Source: Podarcis melisellensis
Lineage: Eukaryota
Reading direction: 5' to 3' (one strand)
Length of the DNA: 64,000 bases
Assembly: GCA_964234715.1 (NCBI GenBank)
Contig: OZ174275.1
Shown: positions 34,738 to 48,352 of the stretch, one piece after another
Position numbering within the stretch: the stretch's first letter is position 1
How the letters are laid out: each line of letters starts with the position of its first letter
Made by a program: the position numbers and the translations under genes
Notes under the pieces: generated by a model
The model's database searches: none
Told to the model about the DNA's origin: nothing
What the model saw: only the letters and a program-made list of their open reading frames with translations

Positions 34738-37700
34738 TACATCCTTTTTCATAAACCTTGAACACTACAGGCAACAGGAAATATGTAGTGAGGACAAACC
34801 ATATGTATGCTTGTTGTTTTCTTGCTTTTGAAAACTAATTCAGAGATTTGAAAGTAAGAGTCAGAGTAGATGCTACAAATGCTACAAATGTACCAAAGCT
34901 CAAACAGGGTTGTTTCTTAAGAAAATGGAGAGAAGCCTCGTGAAGGTGCACGAAGTAGGAAAGCAAAGGGTGCTTAAATATTTCTGGTGCTGGTCAGCTT
35001 CCAACTCAAAATACCCTCAAGCTGCTTTTCTCCTGCTGGTGTTCCAGAAGTGTAATGTACCCTGCAAAACAAGCATCTGGAACCCGGTGCAATGAAGATC
35101 AGCTTTCTTGGGGGGGAGTGATTTTGAGCAGAAAAATGATCAGCAGGGAAAGAGTTAAGCGCCCCTCCTCCCACCACAGCTTAGAATTGTTGCTTAGTGC
35201 CAACCCAATTGTCTACCTGTCTGCCCAGAAGTAAGTCCTTGGCTTACTCTTAGGCAAGTGAGTATAGAATTGTAACCTAAGTCTCCTTTCCATTTATTTA
35301 TTTTTTTCTAAAGAAACAACCTGAGCTTTGTTACATGCATTTCTGTGTAACATTTGGTTTGCCCCTAAGACAATAATAAGAGCAGGTTTAATTCTAACTT
35401 TTCAAGCCTTTTCTAAGTGCTTGATATTTTAACCTCAGAACTGCATTAATGCTGGAGGGGGAAAGAACTACATACAAAGGTTATCTCCATGGTGATTGTT
35501 TTTGTGTTTTCATACTATACTTTTAACATATGAAAATCTTGTAAATAAGGAAAATAGATCAATAGAAAAATAAATGCAGTCATTCTTCCCCCCTCCACCC
35601 CCCACAAATGAATTATGAAAAGAAATCAGATATATGGGGCGGGTTTAAGTGAAGACAGAAAGAAATTGCTGGCATTAAACATTGGCTATAGAGAGAAATA
35701 TATAAGGAACATTTTATCTTTCTAAAAATATAGCTTTCCGGGTTCCAGTGTAATATGCAGTGGGAGAGGTTAGCAGCCCTTTAAAGTGGATTTCAAAACT
35801 CTGTGAATTAACAGTGCAATCCTATGTATGTTCCAGTTTTAATAGATTTGTTCGCTTGCCAAAATCTAACATACTCAAACATGGCAGGAAATAATCATTT
35901 CAGACTTAAAAGAAAAAAAAAGATTCACGGGTAAAATTTTGATCTCTGCTTTCCTTGTTTAAAGCCGCAACCTTAAACACACTTGCTAAGATAAAGCACC
36001 ATTGAATGCTATGGGATTTACAAGCATAGGATTAGGTTGCATAAGTTATTTATTCTAAATACCGGTAATACAATGTTTAAACCAAGAATTAAGTGGGGGG
36101 AAATGATCTCACACTGAAACTAGATTTTTATATGGCACTCTCATGTTTTTCAAGTCCCCCATACATCACAGGCTAGATTGAAATAGAGCTGATAGACAAT
36201 TTAAAAAGAAGAATTTCATGGGTGTTCTCAGCAACACTTAGGCATGAAGGACCACATGTGAGGTAAGCCCATCACCAGCAGAAGGTTTTCTCTCTTTCAG
36301 GCTCTGGGGAGTATATGTGACATTCCATTAGAATGTTTGCATGTTCGTTATTTATTATCTCAGAGATGCAGTGTTATTTCTTGTAGGACTGCAAAGTCAA
36401 TTCAATCTGGATGACAACTCAGGCTGTGTCTGCACTGTAGGGTATCCCTCTTATGTATTATATTGTTTTGGTTTACAGACCATAGCAGCATATCAGCCAT
36501 TCATCAATTGCTCTGTCCCTGGCTTTGTATCTCATCACTGTTTACTTTTCACCCCGCTCCAAATAGTTTGCGTGGTTGTGTCAGAATTTCACACCTCTTA
36601 TGATAGGTGGGCAAAGTTTGTCTCTCATCCTCCTCAATCAACTTGCAAAAATAAACACTCTCACAGATCAGTTGTAGAATTTGCACATATTCCAGTGAAC
36701 AACGTGTTGCGTTTGGATAGGAGTCAAAATCTCTGCTGTGCCACACAGCCTAGATTGCCTCCAAAGTTTGTTGTGAGGAAACATGAAATGAAGGCTCAGG
36801 TCCAAAGACAAGGGTGAGGGGGGCATGTTGTCACTTTTATATACAACCGCCCCCCCCATATACCTGCAGTCTTTTGTACCCACTGGAAAACTGATGTTCC
36901 AAATACCCCGATAGCTTCCCCTCCTCTCTTCTTGCTCCCGCTGCTTGAAATGTAAGCCATACCAGAGGCTTTTAAAAAGGGAATATAAATAAATAAGAGA
37001 AGCACTCTGTGGGTTCTAAGAGAAGAATAGATCATAGGTAGAGAAGACCAGATTACAGCAGTCATGAAATAAGCCGCTATGATAGATTACAACAAATGTA
37101 GAAAGGGGGGGAAATGTGCTTGATAAAGCATAGGAGTAAAAAGAAAGTGATTGCTGTTCTTTATAAAAATTCAAACACAACCATACATTTTTCTTCCTAT
37201 TTTTCCTTCTTTCTGAGAGACCAAATGCATTTTCAGCTGACTAACAGAGTTATTGCAACTCTGGAACGTGCATTCTAGAGCAGGTCTGCCTTTCTTCTAT
37301 TTCAGAGGAGTAAATCTTCAGACAATAAAAGGTCTCTATTTCCTTGTCAGCCTCACCAACAGGAAATGATGAAGACTATCTTGCGAAATCCCACATTTCG
37401 TGGCCTAGCCACTACTATGGCGTCAGTGCATAACTTTGTAGTGTTAAGTATCAGTCACATGGCCATCTCTTCCCACAATTTCAGTGGCTGCCGGCTCCTA
37501 CCCATTTGAGCAGGAGAGAGTTGAAGCTAAGCAACTTTTCAGGCCCATTGGGTGGGGATGATGGATTATGTCCCTGCTGAGAAACAAATAAAAAGTAGGT
37601 TTGTCAAGTGACCAAAATTTCTATTTTATTTTTTTTGCTTCTCCAAGTCAATTAGCTACGATGCTTTAACTGATTCTTCAATCAATTGAACACTTTAAAA

Positions 37701-38839
37701 GCTCAATACTATAGACTTTCATTATAGCCTCTGCAATGTTCCTTCCATAGATCAAGAGGAGATTTTTTTTTTCCCTTTTCCTTTTGGACACCTTTACATA
37801 GCATTTAAAAGTCCACTCCATTTCCCCCCAGTAGTTCTACCATACTGGAATCAGCAGTGGTTCCAATCCAAACGTATTTCTCTTTGAAAGCTAAACCTCG
37901 TCAGGCAGCCATGAAAGATTCTGATAGTTAGTACTTGAGTTGGTTTAATAAAAAGAACACTCTGCTTGGACCACTTCACTGTGGTCACTTCCAGACTACA
38001 TGCTTATTAAGCATTCATCTTGATTTGTTTGTTTGGAGGTTATACAATGATGCATTAAGCAACATGGGCCTGTATGCGATTGAATCTCACATGAAAACAG
38101 CAATTGTCTATAAATGCCCTATATTTTCTCCTGGATCCCTGGAGAATTGTATACCTTAATGCAGCATTTCTTGAACTGGCATACAGTTCTCTCTTCCCCA
38201 GTTGTCTGATGTGGTAGAAAGATGTTTCTTAGCAAAAGGCAGGTAAAGGCCGAGACTCAATGTGGCGCTCCTACAGTTGACAAGGAGTTGGTGTCCAACA
38301 ACTTCTGGAAAGGCACCGTTTTCCCCATCCTTGCTCTAGCATGTATGTGTGTCTTCACCCTGTGCCTTAGTCATATTGTTTTCATGGAAGTACTTTATTA
38401 CTTCAGAAAGATGCAGAGAGACAGCGGCAGAAAGAGGCACTTCTGCTTTTATTCCTTAAGAATGTCCAGAGCCACTCTGGGAAACATGCCATTGGAGATA
38501 CCTGATGCTGTAGATATCATAGCCTAGAAGAGTCAAGCTGCCCAAGATTATTTTATTTCTTTTTTATTATTATTTGAGGTATTTATATACCACCCTTTCA
38601 TAATATTCTTGGTTTACAGTAAAACTCTATCAAAAAGTAAATAAAAAAACTATGAACTACTATAAAACAACGACAAATAAGATGGCAAAACCCATTCATT
38701 TATTTTCTGGGTATGTACCCCAGCCTTCAGTAGAAAACATTATATATAGCACCTTTTAGCATAGAAGAGAAACCCAGTGGGCAGGGCAATTATCTACCAG
38801 TGGTTTCTTTCCCTGCTGACCTTGTAGGATCTACGCTTG

Positions 38840-38955
38840 TGCTGGGGGGAACCTGTGGCCCTCCAGATGTTGTTGGACTTCATCTCCCATCAGTCCCAGC
38901 CAGCGTGGCCAATGGCCAGGGATAATGGGAGTTGTAGTGCAGCAACATCTGGTTT
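38840..38955. mobile_element. Short hAT MITE, partial
   Basis: ggggaacctgtggccctccagatgttgttggact…cagccagcgtggccaatggccagggataatgggagttgtagt. Confidence 0.75.
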
Positions 38956-39668
38956 AAGGACTAAAACATACATGGAGACAAAACAAGTAGTATTTTTCTG
39001 CAAAGTTCTTACTAAGCATGAACAAATCTAAAGCCTGCAATGACAAAAGAGGCGTTAAAATCCATTTCTTAACAACAGCAAAAATAAGCCACAGTTATTT
39101 GAGATGGTGTCTTAGGTTCTCAGATTCTTGGTTACCCTATAGGCAAAGGTTGCTTTCAACATTTCCTTGTGCATTCCAGCTTCTTGTCATTAGTAAGGAG
39201 CTAACCAAGATTAAAGACTAGATATTTGAGCTATGTTTTTCTCTGTGGAGAGAGGAAAATGGGGGGGGGGGGCTGAATAAAATGAGAAATTCAGAGTAGC
39301 GGGGGGTGGGGGGTAACTTTGATTTAGCAAGTACAGAAGAGTGATAGGAAGGGTATTTGCTATGTGACTGTGCACTTTTTGCTTTGGCATGGGCAATAAA
39401 TGAGCCAAGAAATAAACTTATATTTACAATCGCAGAAATGGGCAGGGGGGAGCTACAGGGAGGAACAATTATCATACCGGTGGAAACAGTTTGCTCTTGT
39501 ATTTCCAGACAAGCTGCTGTGGCCCTCATCATGAGTAAGTCTGCTTGGAAGCCAGGTTTATATATATATATTCCCATTATTGGAACTGTGCACAGCCCTA
39601 GCTGTCCCTAAATGGCAAGAAATAAGCAAGGAAGAGAGAGAGAGAGAAAGAAGCATCAGTGGCAAATT

Positions 39669-39800
39669 NNNNNNNNNNNNNNNNNNNNNNNNNNNNNNNN
39701 NNNNNNNNNNNNNNNNNNNNNNNNNNNNNNNNNNNNNNNNNNNNNNNNNNNNNNNNNNNNNNNNNNNNNNNNNNNNNNNNNNNNNNNNNNNNNNNNNNNN
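39669..39800. other. Assembly gap (132 N)
   Basis: Run of N. Confidence 1.
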
Positions 39801-40972
39801 ACGGCCTCCGAGTCTTGCACGGAGCGGTTCAGCCCTACAGCAAAGAAAATGGCATACCTTCCACCGCTATTCATGGACATCCTCCACAGGTCACATGGAA
39901 ATAACCCCGAAGTGATAAGTCTTAGTTTAGGAAGTCTGCTACTTAAGCTTGTATAAGTCATTGTGACAGAAAGTGGCGTGTGTGTGTATGTGCGCGCGCG
40001 CACGCCTGCAAACCATTGTGTCTGTTAGCAACAACTGGGCAGAGTCTTGTTTTAAATGAAACAATACACTGTGTGTTTAATCTCATGGGCAGCGAGGTAT
40101 CAGAAATGCTGTAGATCATATTTCTATGATTTATTGGTGAGAGCCTTTCCCTGGTGGTATTCTTCCTTTCCCCTCTCCACTGCACGATCACCGGTACAAT
40201 TTTAGAAGAATAACACTGGCCAAAGCTGCTCCGATAAATTAACATAAGCCTTTCAAAGGGATGAAAAATAGAGCATCGTTGTGCAAAAGTGTCACAGGCA
40301 TAACGCTTGTAGATTGCATACATATATATATTTCATTCATACCATTTTTTTTCTATATGGGAGAAACAGAATATAACGAGCCCTTTGCTCATTCTGCCCA
40401 CCCCGCCTTTCTTTTATGTACTTGGAAACCCAGGCAAGGGAAGAATTGTAATGGTTTGTTTTTAAGGTGAAAGGAGTATTCTGTGCCCAGCCTCATTTAA
40501 AAACTCAGGGTTAAGTGCTCAATGAAAACACATATAGTTCATAAATCTGAACTCAAAGTAGCAGGCAATGTGTCAAGGGGCCATAATCTCCAGAGACAGG
40601 GTTTGGATTTTTTTATTATTATTATTTAATTCTCACAACAGGAACCTTGGCAGGGTCAGAGTTTCACAGGATCTGGGTAAAGTCAAAGCTTTACGCTGAG
40701 CAAACCATCTTATGGAATCTTGCACTGTGTGAGGTATCGCTAATCCGCCGATGAGGCCAAGCAGCGTGCAACCGCGAAGCGCCCACAGTGGGGAGCGAAC
40801 TTTAAGGCACATGGAAACTTGTGTGCAGATATGGAAGAGTTCTGTATGCAGATTCTTTTAGAACTCTGTGTGAATACTGGAAATATGGTGTGGGGTGGCA
40901 GCGGGGTGGGTGGGTGGGAATCCTGCCTTCACTGATATAGCTGAAGTACAGAAATAACGGATCCTCAGTATG

Positions 40973-40986
40973 CCACTAGGTGGCAC
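40973..40986 (+). promoter_or_regulatory. CTCF core motif match
   Basis: CCACTAGGTGGCAC fits CCASYAGRKGGCRS at all 14 positions. Confidence 0.5.
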
Positions 40987-41244
40987 ACAATGAGCTGCAG
41001 AGCAAAAAGCCACCCAGGTGTAGATGACAAGTTTGATGGTGTTACCCTTGACTTCCAAAATTCTCTTCATACTTGTAAAAGGCTTCAGAAGATGAATTGC
41101 TGACAGCTCACTGAGGCAAATGCACTAGATGCATGAGATGAGCAGGGGGTGGCCCAAATTCAAGTGGTAAAAATCTGCCCTTGACCACTGCCCCAAATTC
41201 TCAGAGATTCAAGGTGGGAGAGGTGGAGGCCATCAAAGAGGGGA

Positions 41245-41572
41245 AAGGGCAGCAGACGACCCAAATAGTTAAGCAAGTGGAGCAGCTTCTGTATGAGGAC
41301 ACGTTACAACATTTGGGGCTTTTTAGTTTAGAGAAAATGCGAGTAAGATGGGACACAATAGGAGGGTTGAATGCCCTATTATAATTGCTCAGCCTCTGAG
41401 AGAGGCCTGTACCTTCATTGCATTAAGGCATTACAGAGGAATATAGAACTTGATAAAGCAAAGGAGGCTGCTTCGAACTTGTCAATAGCTCAGAACAGCA
41501 TGAGACTCTTAATCTCAATGTCGGGGGGTTGGATTAGATGGCCCTTATGGTCCCTTCCAACTCTTTGATTTC
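41245..41572 (+). mobile_element. Degraded CR1 fragments (ORF2 C-terminus and 3' UTR)
   Basis: Translates QIVKQVEQLLYEDTLQHLGLFSLEKMRVRWDTI (CR1 consensus-like K.LE.L.YEERL..LGLFSLEKRR.RGD.I); gggggttggattagatggccct…ggtcccttccaactc at about 41523-41565. Confidence 0.75.
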
Positions 41573-42396
41573 TAGCCCACTGCTTGCCACAGCACAGCTA
41601 CTGTATATAAGCAAAGGGGTTCATGAACACAGCGGCCTGCTCCACAATGAACTGCAGCCTCCATTTGTTTCAATGGGCCTGCCTATGGCTCCATTTCAGC
41701 AGCACACCTTCAGTTTGGTAGTCTGCCCTTCCATGAGCGCAGAGCTTCACTTGCGGAAGGAATAGCTTTGCTTGGTTGAACCCTAGAGAGAAAGCTTTGG
41801 TCCTTTTCCTTTCTTTTCTATTACAGATGTATTTGAAGCTATGATTTAGTCTGGAAGAGATGCTAATAAGAAAAAGGCTTTTAATTTAATTTTTTTTTAG
41901 GAGAAAAGTCTTGACAGTTGGGAAGGAGATTATATTATGAGGTCTGTCATGCAGGTAATATCCTGTATATCGAGACTAATCACCCATTTATAGTTAAAAC
42001 AAGAGGTGTTAAGGGTATAGTGAATCACAGTCTAATGATTAGTGATAAAAATCACCTAGGTAATGGAACTGGTATTGAGAAACAGATTTTTAGGCAAAAA
42101 TGATTATCATGTGAGATTGATTAAAAGGATAATTGTGGAACAACGTAACCTTTCCCATCATTATGGGCTTGGAGTTGCTTAAGACCATTTCTCATAATGG
42201 CCCAATGGTCCTATATTGTAAGAAGATTGACCAGTGATTAGAAAGATATTTATTGCTTCCCATAATGTGAGGCACTATCACATCCATACAGTGTAGGTAT
42301 CATATATCTTCATCAGAAGTTAAAGTTAGAAGTTAGAACTTGGATCCATAAAACCAATGCAGGTTTCTAATTTCAAAATAAAACAAAAGCCTAGAG

Positions 42397-42513
42397 CAGG
42401 GAAGGGGACTCAGTGGCCTCTCAGATGTTGTTGGTCCCCAGCCAGCATGGCCAATGGTTAAGAATGATGGGAACTGTAACAATATTTGGAAGTCTACAGG
42501 TCCCCTAACCCTG
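42397..42513. mobile_element. Short hAT MITE
   Basis: TIRs cagggaagggga / tcccctaaccctg, TSD gcctagag/gcatagaa (6/8), same body as 38840. Confidence 0.75.
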
Positions 42514-43664
42514 GCATAGAACAATGTAATAAAATATCATAGTGAGTTTTCAGCATATTCATTGCAAGATCCTTTGGGATGCTTGCTAGATTTTTACTTG
42601 TTTGTATAGAAAAATGTATAGACCACTTAGGCAGGAAAAATTCTAAGCAGTGTACATTAGTAGTGAGTAAAACAGTAAAATAGTAAACAGGTGAGTAAAA
42701 CACAGGTGTCTCCCAAGAACATTTCAAGAGACTAAAAAGTAGAGTACATAGAGATTAAAATGGAGAATGTTTTAGGTGACACATGTAGGAAAATCTGAGC
42801 ACAAAAAACCAACCCAACATGCACACACTCAATGTAAGCAAGTGTTTCTTTTGTTCTGTACTTTTCCCCAGAGCATGCACAGAGGGATCTTACTAGAAAA
42901 AAACATGACCCTCCCTTAAAAGATGCAGTCTTACAGTTCATGGGCATTATTATAAGCCATTTTCTAAGCTATGTATATATTGACATCAGTTCTTACCAAT
43001 TCCATACTAAATCCAACCAGTTTCTGGAAGAAAACCACCCTTCCACCACAGTGGAATAGCTAAACATGTTGAGAGTGCTACCTGATCAATTTATTTTGTG
43101 ATTCATCTTCACCGCATCCTAGATCAGGGTTCATCATCATCCCAACATATGATCTACATGCAAAGATAGACAATGTTCAAGCCTTAAGGTGAGAATTGTT
43201 CCATATTCAGTTGGGTGTTCATAAAGACTCATGGCAACTTTTTTATTATTTCCTTTAATGGAGGAATTGGATAACAGAAAAGTTTTATTTAAATGGCTAT
43301 CAAATTATTCTAAGAAGGACTTAAATTCTTCTGCTTATATATTCAAAAGGTAGTGGATTCTAAAATAGGTGTGCGTATTTGCAAAAAGCTGTGAAAAATG
43401 TCACTCAAAGGTAGACTCTTGAAGGAATAATCCTTTATGCCGATTCCCTAAGTGATAACTTTGTAGAACCTTGATAATTTTGGAATGCCTTTCAGTGTGA
43501 AAACTAACAGCTCATAATATTGATATTTCTTTTTAAAATACACATCTTAAACTAATCCTTCCTCGGGGACCTGGAAGAATGCTAGCCATTTTTGGAATAT
43601 GAATGTAAAAATATATTTATATTTTTCTTCCACATTTCCATCCAGCCTAACCTGGTAGATCAAG

Positions 43665-43975
43665 AGTGAGGGAGCTTTTCAGACTGAGGGCCACTTTTCC
43701 TTTTCAGCAACCTTATGGGGGCCACATGCCAGTTATGAATTTTACCTTTTAACAGTAGGCTAAGTTTCTAAATATGCTCTTGCATTCATCTCTTTCCTCC
43801 AGACAGACAAACTAGAAGCATTATTGGAGTCTAAAGGCATATTTCAGGCAGGCAAAAACACTCAAGGTGTGGAGCAGGGCTGGTGAGGGGAGTGTCCCCC
43901 GGGGAGAATCCCAAGGGCCTGAAAGAAAGGCATGAAGGTGGCAGTCAGCCCCCAGGCCTGAAATTCCTCACCCTC
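43665..43975 (-). mobile_element. hAT-like non-autonomous element (family shared with 62816)
   Basis: Contains gggccacatgcc, aggcaaaaacactcaag and cccaggcctga, reverse-complementary to motifs at 62816-63155. Confidence 0.55.
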
Positions 43976-45611
43976 CTTTGGTAGGTCTTGGGGGACTTTA
44001 TCATGCTAGGTTCAAACAGCAGGCAAACAAGAAGTAGTTGAGCAGTGAAGGAGGAAGAGCAAGGAAGAGCAAGGGTGCCGAACCTGAATGCCTCTCAATT
44101 TCTTATTTTTTTGCAAGCAGAGTGCTTGAAAGTTTCTGGGGGTCTTGGTAGACAACCTTTTTTGTTTTACTACGAATTAAAGCACATAGATAATGTATTT
44201 CCGTGAGCATAGTCTTGCCTTTCTAATGTGCTTGAGCGTGTTTGTGGATCAGCTATGAAGAAAAATACAACAGCATTCCCCACCCCAGTGCCGACATCAT
44301 TGTTTAAACCAGTGCCATATATAATGAAAGATCATGGTCAGGCTGCTGAGAAGGGATCCTTTAATTGATGGATTTTCCAGGTGCAAAATTATAATCTCTC
44401 ATTTTAGTTTATAATGTATATATTTATTGATTTTATTGATTTTGCTTTGTTAAAAACACATTTTTAACATTGTTATTGACAAATTTATGTATATTTTGCG
44501 GTCTTTGTAAAGAGCTTGGAGATTTTTATTTACAGTTAAACAGTATACACATTTTGTTAGGTAAAACAAAATAAAACAAATGGATTGCACCAGAACTGTA
44601 TTATGTAAATCACAGCCTTGTTAGCCTGTTCAGTAATTCCAACATCACTTTGATCTTCATCACACACAAAAGCAGCTGAATGCAGGGCAAAATACAGATA
44701 TTTCTGCAACTTTTTCCACAGAGAATTTGAATGGAGCTCATGGACACAGAGATCCACAGACCAGTGTATGAAAACCTCTGGCCTAAGCCACTGGTTGATA
44801 ACCTTGATGCCATTTGAGTCATATAAACCAGAATCACAAAGACCATTCTCACAATATGCATCTTAAGAACTGCTGCTTGAGATTTTGGAAGAGAACTGCA
44901 ATTTAGTTTTTCCACTGTCCAAAGCACATATCTATTAAAATTGTTTTTGGGTGTCCCTTCATTTGCACTGGGTAAAGGACTTAGGGTAAAAAGATTTTAG
45001 AAAAAGGATTTGACCTGAGCTTTTGTGCAGTCAGTTCACTTCCTTGAACTTCTGGTCTAGCTGAAGGATGACAAGGATCCCTTCCACCCAAGTCTGGAGA
45101 ACTTCCATGAGTCGTAGCTTGTGGCTGGCTAGCTCAGGCACTACACTTCTCCTTAACAGTGCAGCTCCCTTGAGCAATGCTTGGTCCTTTCACATCCAGG
45201 AGCTCAGATGAAAAGAGAGAGACATGCTTTTACTGTGTGACTTGCCTCCCCCTTTGATGAAACATTCTCCCCAGTTGAAAACACCAATTTCAACATGAAA
45301 AATTGAAGCTCACAAAAACTCAACTCTACTTGAGATTTGTGCAGAGACCTTAGCACCGTAATATCGAAGCAGTACACTGTAGAACAAGGCTTTGCCAGTC
45401 TCTTTATGCTAAACCCTTGAAAGAAGAGAGAAATCTGGATGCTGCTTCCAATCATTATAATTCAGGGAAGTTTTTGAAACAATCTGTTGTTCACACAGAG
45501 GATTTCTCACTCGCCACCCTCCACCCTGTGTGGTAACTTAGAAAAAGAATGGAGGAAGTAAATGTCACAGTGGTTCCTGACAGCAGGATGGGGCCCAGAG
45601 ACATGCATTCC

Positions 45612-45742
45612 TAGGAATATAAGAAATTGCCACGGAGAGAGAAACCAGTGGTCCACCTAAGCTCAACATTGCCTGCACTGCTTAGCTGTGGCTCTCCAGG
45701 GTTTCGGACAAGGGACATTCCCAACCCTACCTGGGAAATCCC
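45612..45742 (-). mobile_element. Squam3-like SINE 3' part
   Basis: Reverse complement of the SINE body (ggtccacctaagctcaacattg…ctctccagggtttcggaca…ccctacctgg). Confidence 0.65.
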
Positions 45743-46738
45743 CTGTCTTTACGATATGGAAACAATGGAAGTTCAAGAATAGCTTGAGTGTTATTTTCAA
45801 TCTAAAAAGAAGAAGAGAAAAGATATATTCATAATGAAGTTGGGGGGCTTTTTAAAGCACCTTCGATTCTCAAAGGTTTTTCTAGGAGAGGAACTTTCCA
45901 CTTCAAATGTACTTTATAAAGGAGACATTGTCTCTAAAGGCATTGTTGTGTAGTTTTTTGTTTCTTTTCAGAGAACATTAACCACAAGAATTCAAAAGAA
46001 ATTTACATATGAATCTGGCCTGAACTATATTACTTAGTGGTTTTTCCGACCTGCTCTCAAGGTCACTATAGAGTTAAAAAAACAAACAAAACGTAGAGCA
46101 ATCACAGAAGCACACTCAATCCTTCAAGAAGCTGAGTGCCCCTTAAGATCACTCTGTTTTCATGAAAATTGAAAGCGCTCCTTGTGCTATTTGAACACTG
46201 ACACTAAAGGTACTGTTATTCTAGGACTCGCTAGATTCCACGGGTATCAGAAGAGCGTCTTCCTACAGTTGGTCGCAATAAGCATTGCCAGAACAGGATA
46301 GCTAAGCCATTATAGTGAAGAAAAAGTCTGAAGATTGATTAAAGCTTCATTCTTTCAATAGTGGGGAACTTACTGGATGTTGCTTCACCCAGGATTCTAT
46401 GCAAGATGAAATCAGGAGTGGTCCATCAACATGTCCTTTCCTTCGCTCTATCCCTTCTTTGTTCCCATCAGTGTGAAGGTCTTCCAGCTTCCAGCTCCCT
46501 TATTGAATTCCAACTACGATGAGGAGAGAAGCTGGAGAACTAGGACAGGTAGGGCAGGACACATAAAAGTTCAGGTTAGCATTTGATACAGCTGGGACAT
46601 TTGTACAGCTTTGATGTCCTTTTCAATACCTTGACCAAATAGAGTTGGGTAGCTTGATCCTCTATTGTTTCGTTCAGTTACCAATGTTGGTTTTTTAAAA
46701 TAATAAAATAAAATACCAACCCTTAGCCAAAATAAATA

Positions 46739-46845
46739 CAGTGGTACCTTGGTTTACAACCATAATCCATTCTGGAGGTCCATTTGTAAACCAAAACAGG
46801 TTGTAACCCAAGGCGCGCTTTCGCCAATGGGGCCTCCAAAAAAAA
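46739..46845. mobile_element. Tc1/mariner MITE terminal fragment
   Basis: TA + cagtggtaccttggtttacaac…tctggaggtccatt. Confidence 0.65.
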
Positions 46846-47238
46846 TCTTTTTTCTCTCTCCAAAATAGAGTCTGGCCCACCACATGGCCCATGGCTGGGA
46901 AAGGTTGCTGACCCCTGCTCCAGTAGGAATTTTGCTCCCCAGTTCATATTAAGGCCTGTCTTTCCTGGTTGTATATCTTCCACCCAGGAGTGCTTGTACA
47001 GAACAAGTTTTAGAATTCAAAGAGAAGAGAAGCGTCCTCTTTTCTTTGCTTTGTCCCATACCTGTTTCATGAATGTTTTTAGGTGGGGAAAATCCTTGAG
47101 GACTGTGCTTTATCCCAGTTATGTGTTGCTAAAAATGTGGGACTGGAACCATGGCTATACCCCTTGCTTAAAGACACAATATGGGCCATTTTCTCCTGCT
47201 GGTTAAAACAAGAGATTTAAGCGCATGCTTAATAGCTC

Positions 47239-47562
47239 CCCTATGGAAATAAATGAAACTTAAAAAGTGACTGGATTATGCTCTGAAACAGAAATCCACT
47301 GAGCATCACAATCAAATGCTTTTAAGTCAGATGCCTTAAACTTAGAAATTAAAATCCTTGATGTGTGATTTAAGTGTCCTATTTAAGAAAAAATATAGAT
47401 CCCTATGGAAATAAATGAAACTTAAAAAGTGACTGGATTATGCTCTGAAACAGAAATCCACTGAGCATCACAATCAAATGCTTTTAAGTAAGATGCCTTA
47501 AACTTAGAAGTTAAAATCCTTGTTGTGTGATTTAAGTGTCCTATTTAAGAAAAAATATAGAT
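47239..47562. repeat. 162-bp tandem duplication
   Basis: 47239-47400 and 47401-47562 differ at only 3 positions. Confidence 0.97.
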
Positions 47563-48046
47563 CACTGACAATAAGAATGGTTACATAGTCATTGCTTCAA
47601 TCTGGTTGAATAAATCACTGTGATTTAGCTCCTAGCAGTAATAAAAATAAATGATATTGTTTTGGTTCATTACTACTGAACTAATGAAATGTAATGAATT
47701 AAGAAATTTACTGAGTGAATTAGTCTCATTAAAAAAAACACAACATTTCAATCCTTTTGTCCAATAGTAAAAATGGAAGAACAAAATGCAGGAATATATT
47801 CCGTTGTCAAAATTGACTAATTACATCAGATTGAAAGAGAAAAGACAAAGATGTAATAACTGTGTTCAGATTTTACACTTTTTATATATCTTATAAAAAA
47901 ACTTAATTAAACGTTTATACAGAAAACAATTTGCTAATGGTATTTTAATGCTCAGTGCAACTGTGCTTGTAATTTTTTTTTAATCTCACTGAAGATTTCC
48001 TTGCTGTTCCAGTTTTAACTCTTCTTTCACTCTAGTCTGTTATTTA

Positions 48047-48092
48047 CTGTTTGTTTGTTTGTTTGCTTGCTTGCTTGCTTGCTTGCTTGCTT
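48047..48092. repeat. Compound (TTTG)n(CTTG)n microsatellite
   Basis: Tetranucleotide runs; they may be the tail of the adjacent degraded minus-strand L2 (about 48095-48350). Confidence 0.85.
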
Positions 48093-48352
48093 CAGAAATA
48101 CAATAGCCCAACTCTTTGACCCTAAGGCTCCCTGTTTGCCTTACAACAATTTAAAATAAAACCAAAATGGATGAAAACACTAAAATTACAGCAGCAATAT
48201 CAGCCTAAAAACTGAATCGAAGGCTCTACCAGTTCATGAAAGGCATGACCAAATAAAAAGGTCTTCCCCTGACATGGTACGGTCACAGACTTTGCTCCAG
48301 GTAAGACTGTCCGCAGAGGGCATCCCCAAACCAGCATCAACCCACCACAAAG

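Noticed and set aside
39580-40003. ORFs spanning N runs (also 54146-54609)
   Set aside because: Artefacts of assembly gaps.
40745-40790. ccGATGAGgcc…gcGAAgc as a hammerhead
   Set aside because: The core is imperfect (CCGAUGA, GAAG) and no helix II or helix III pairing can be drawn.
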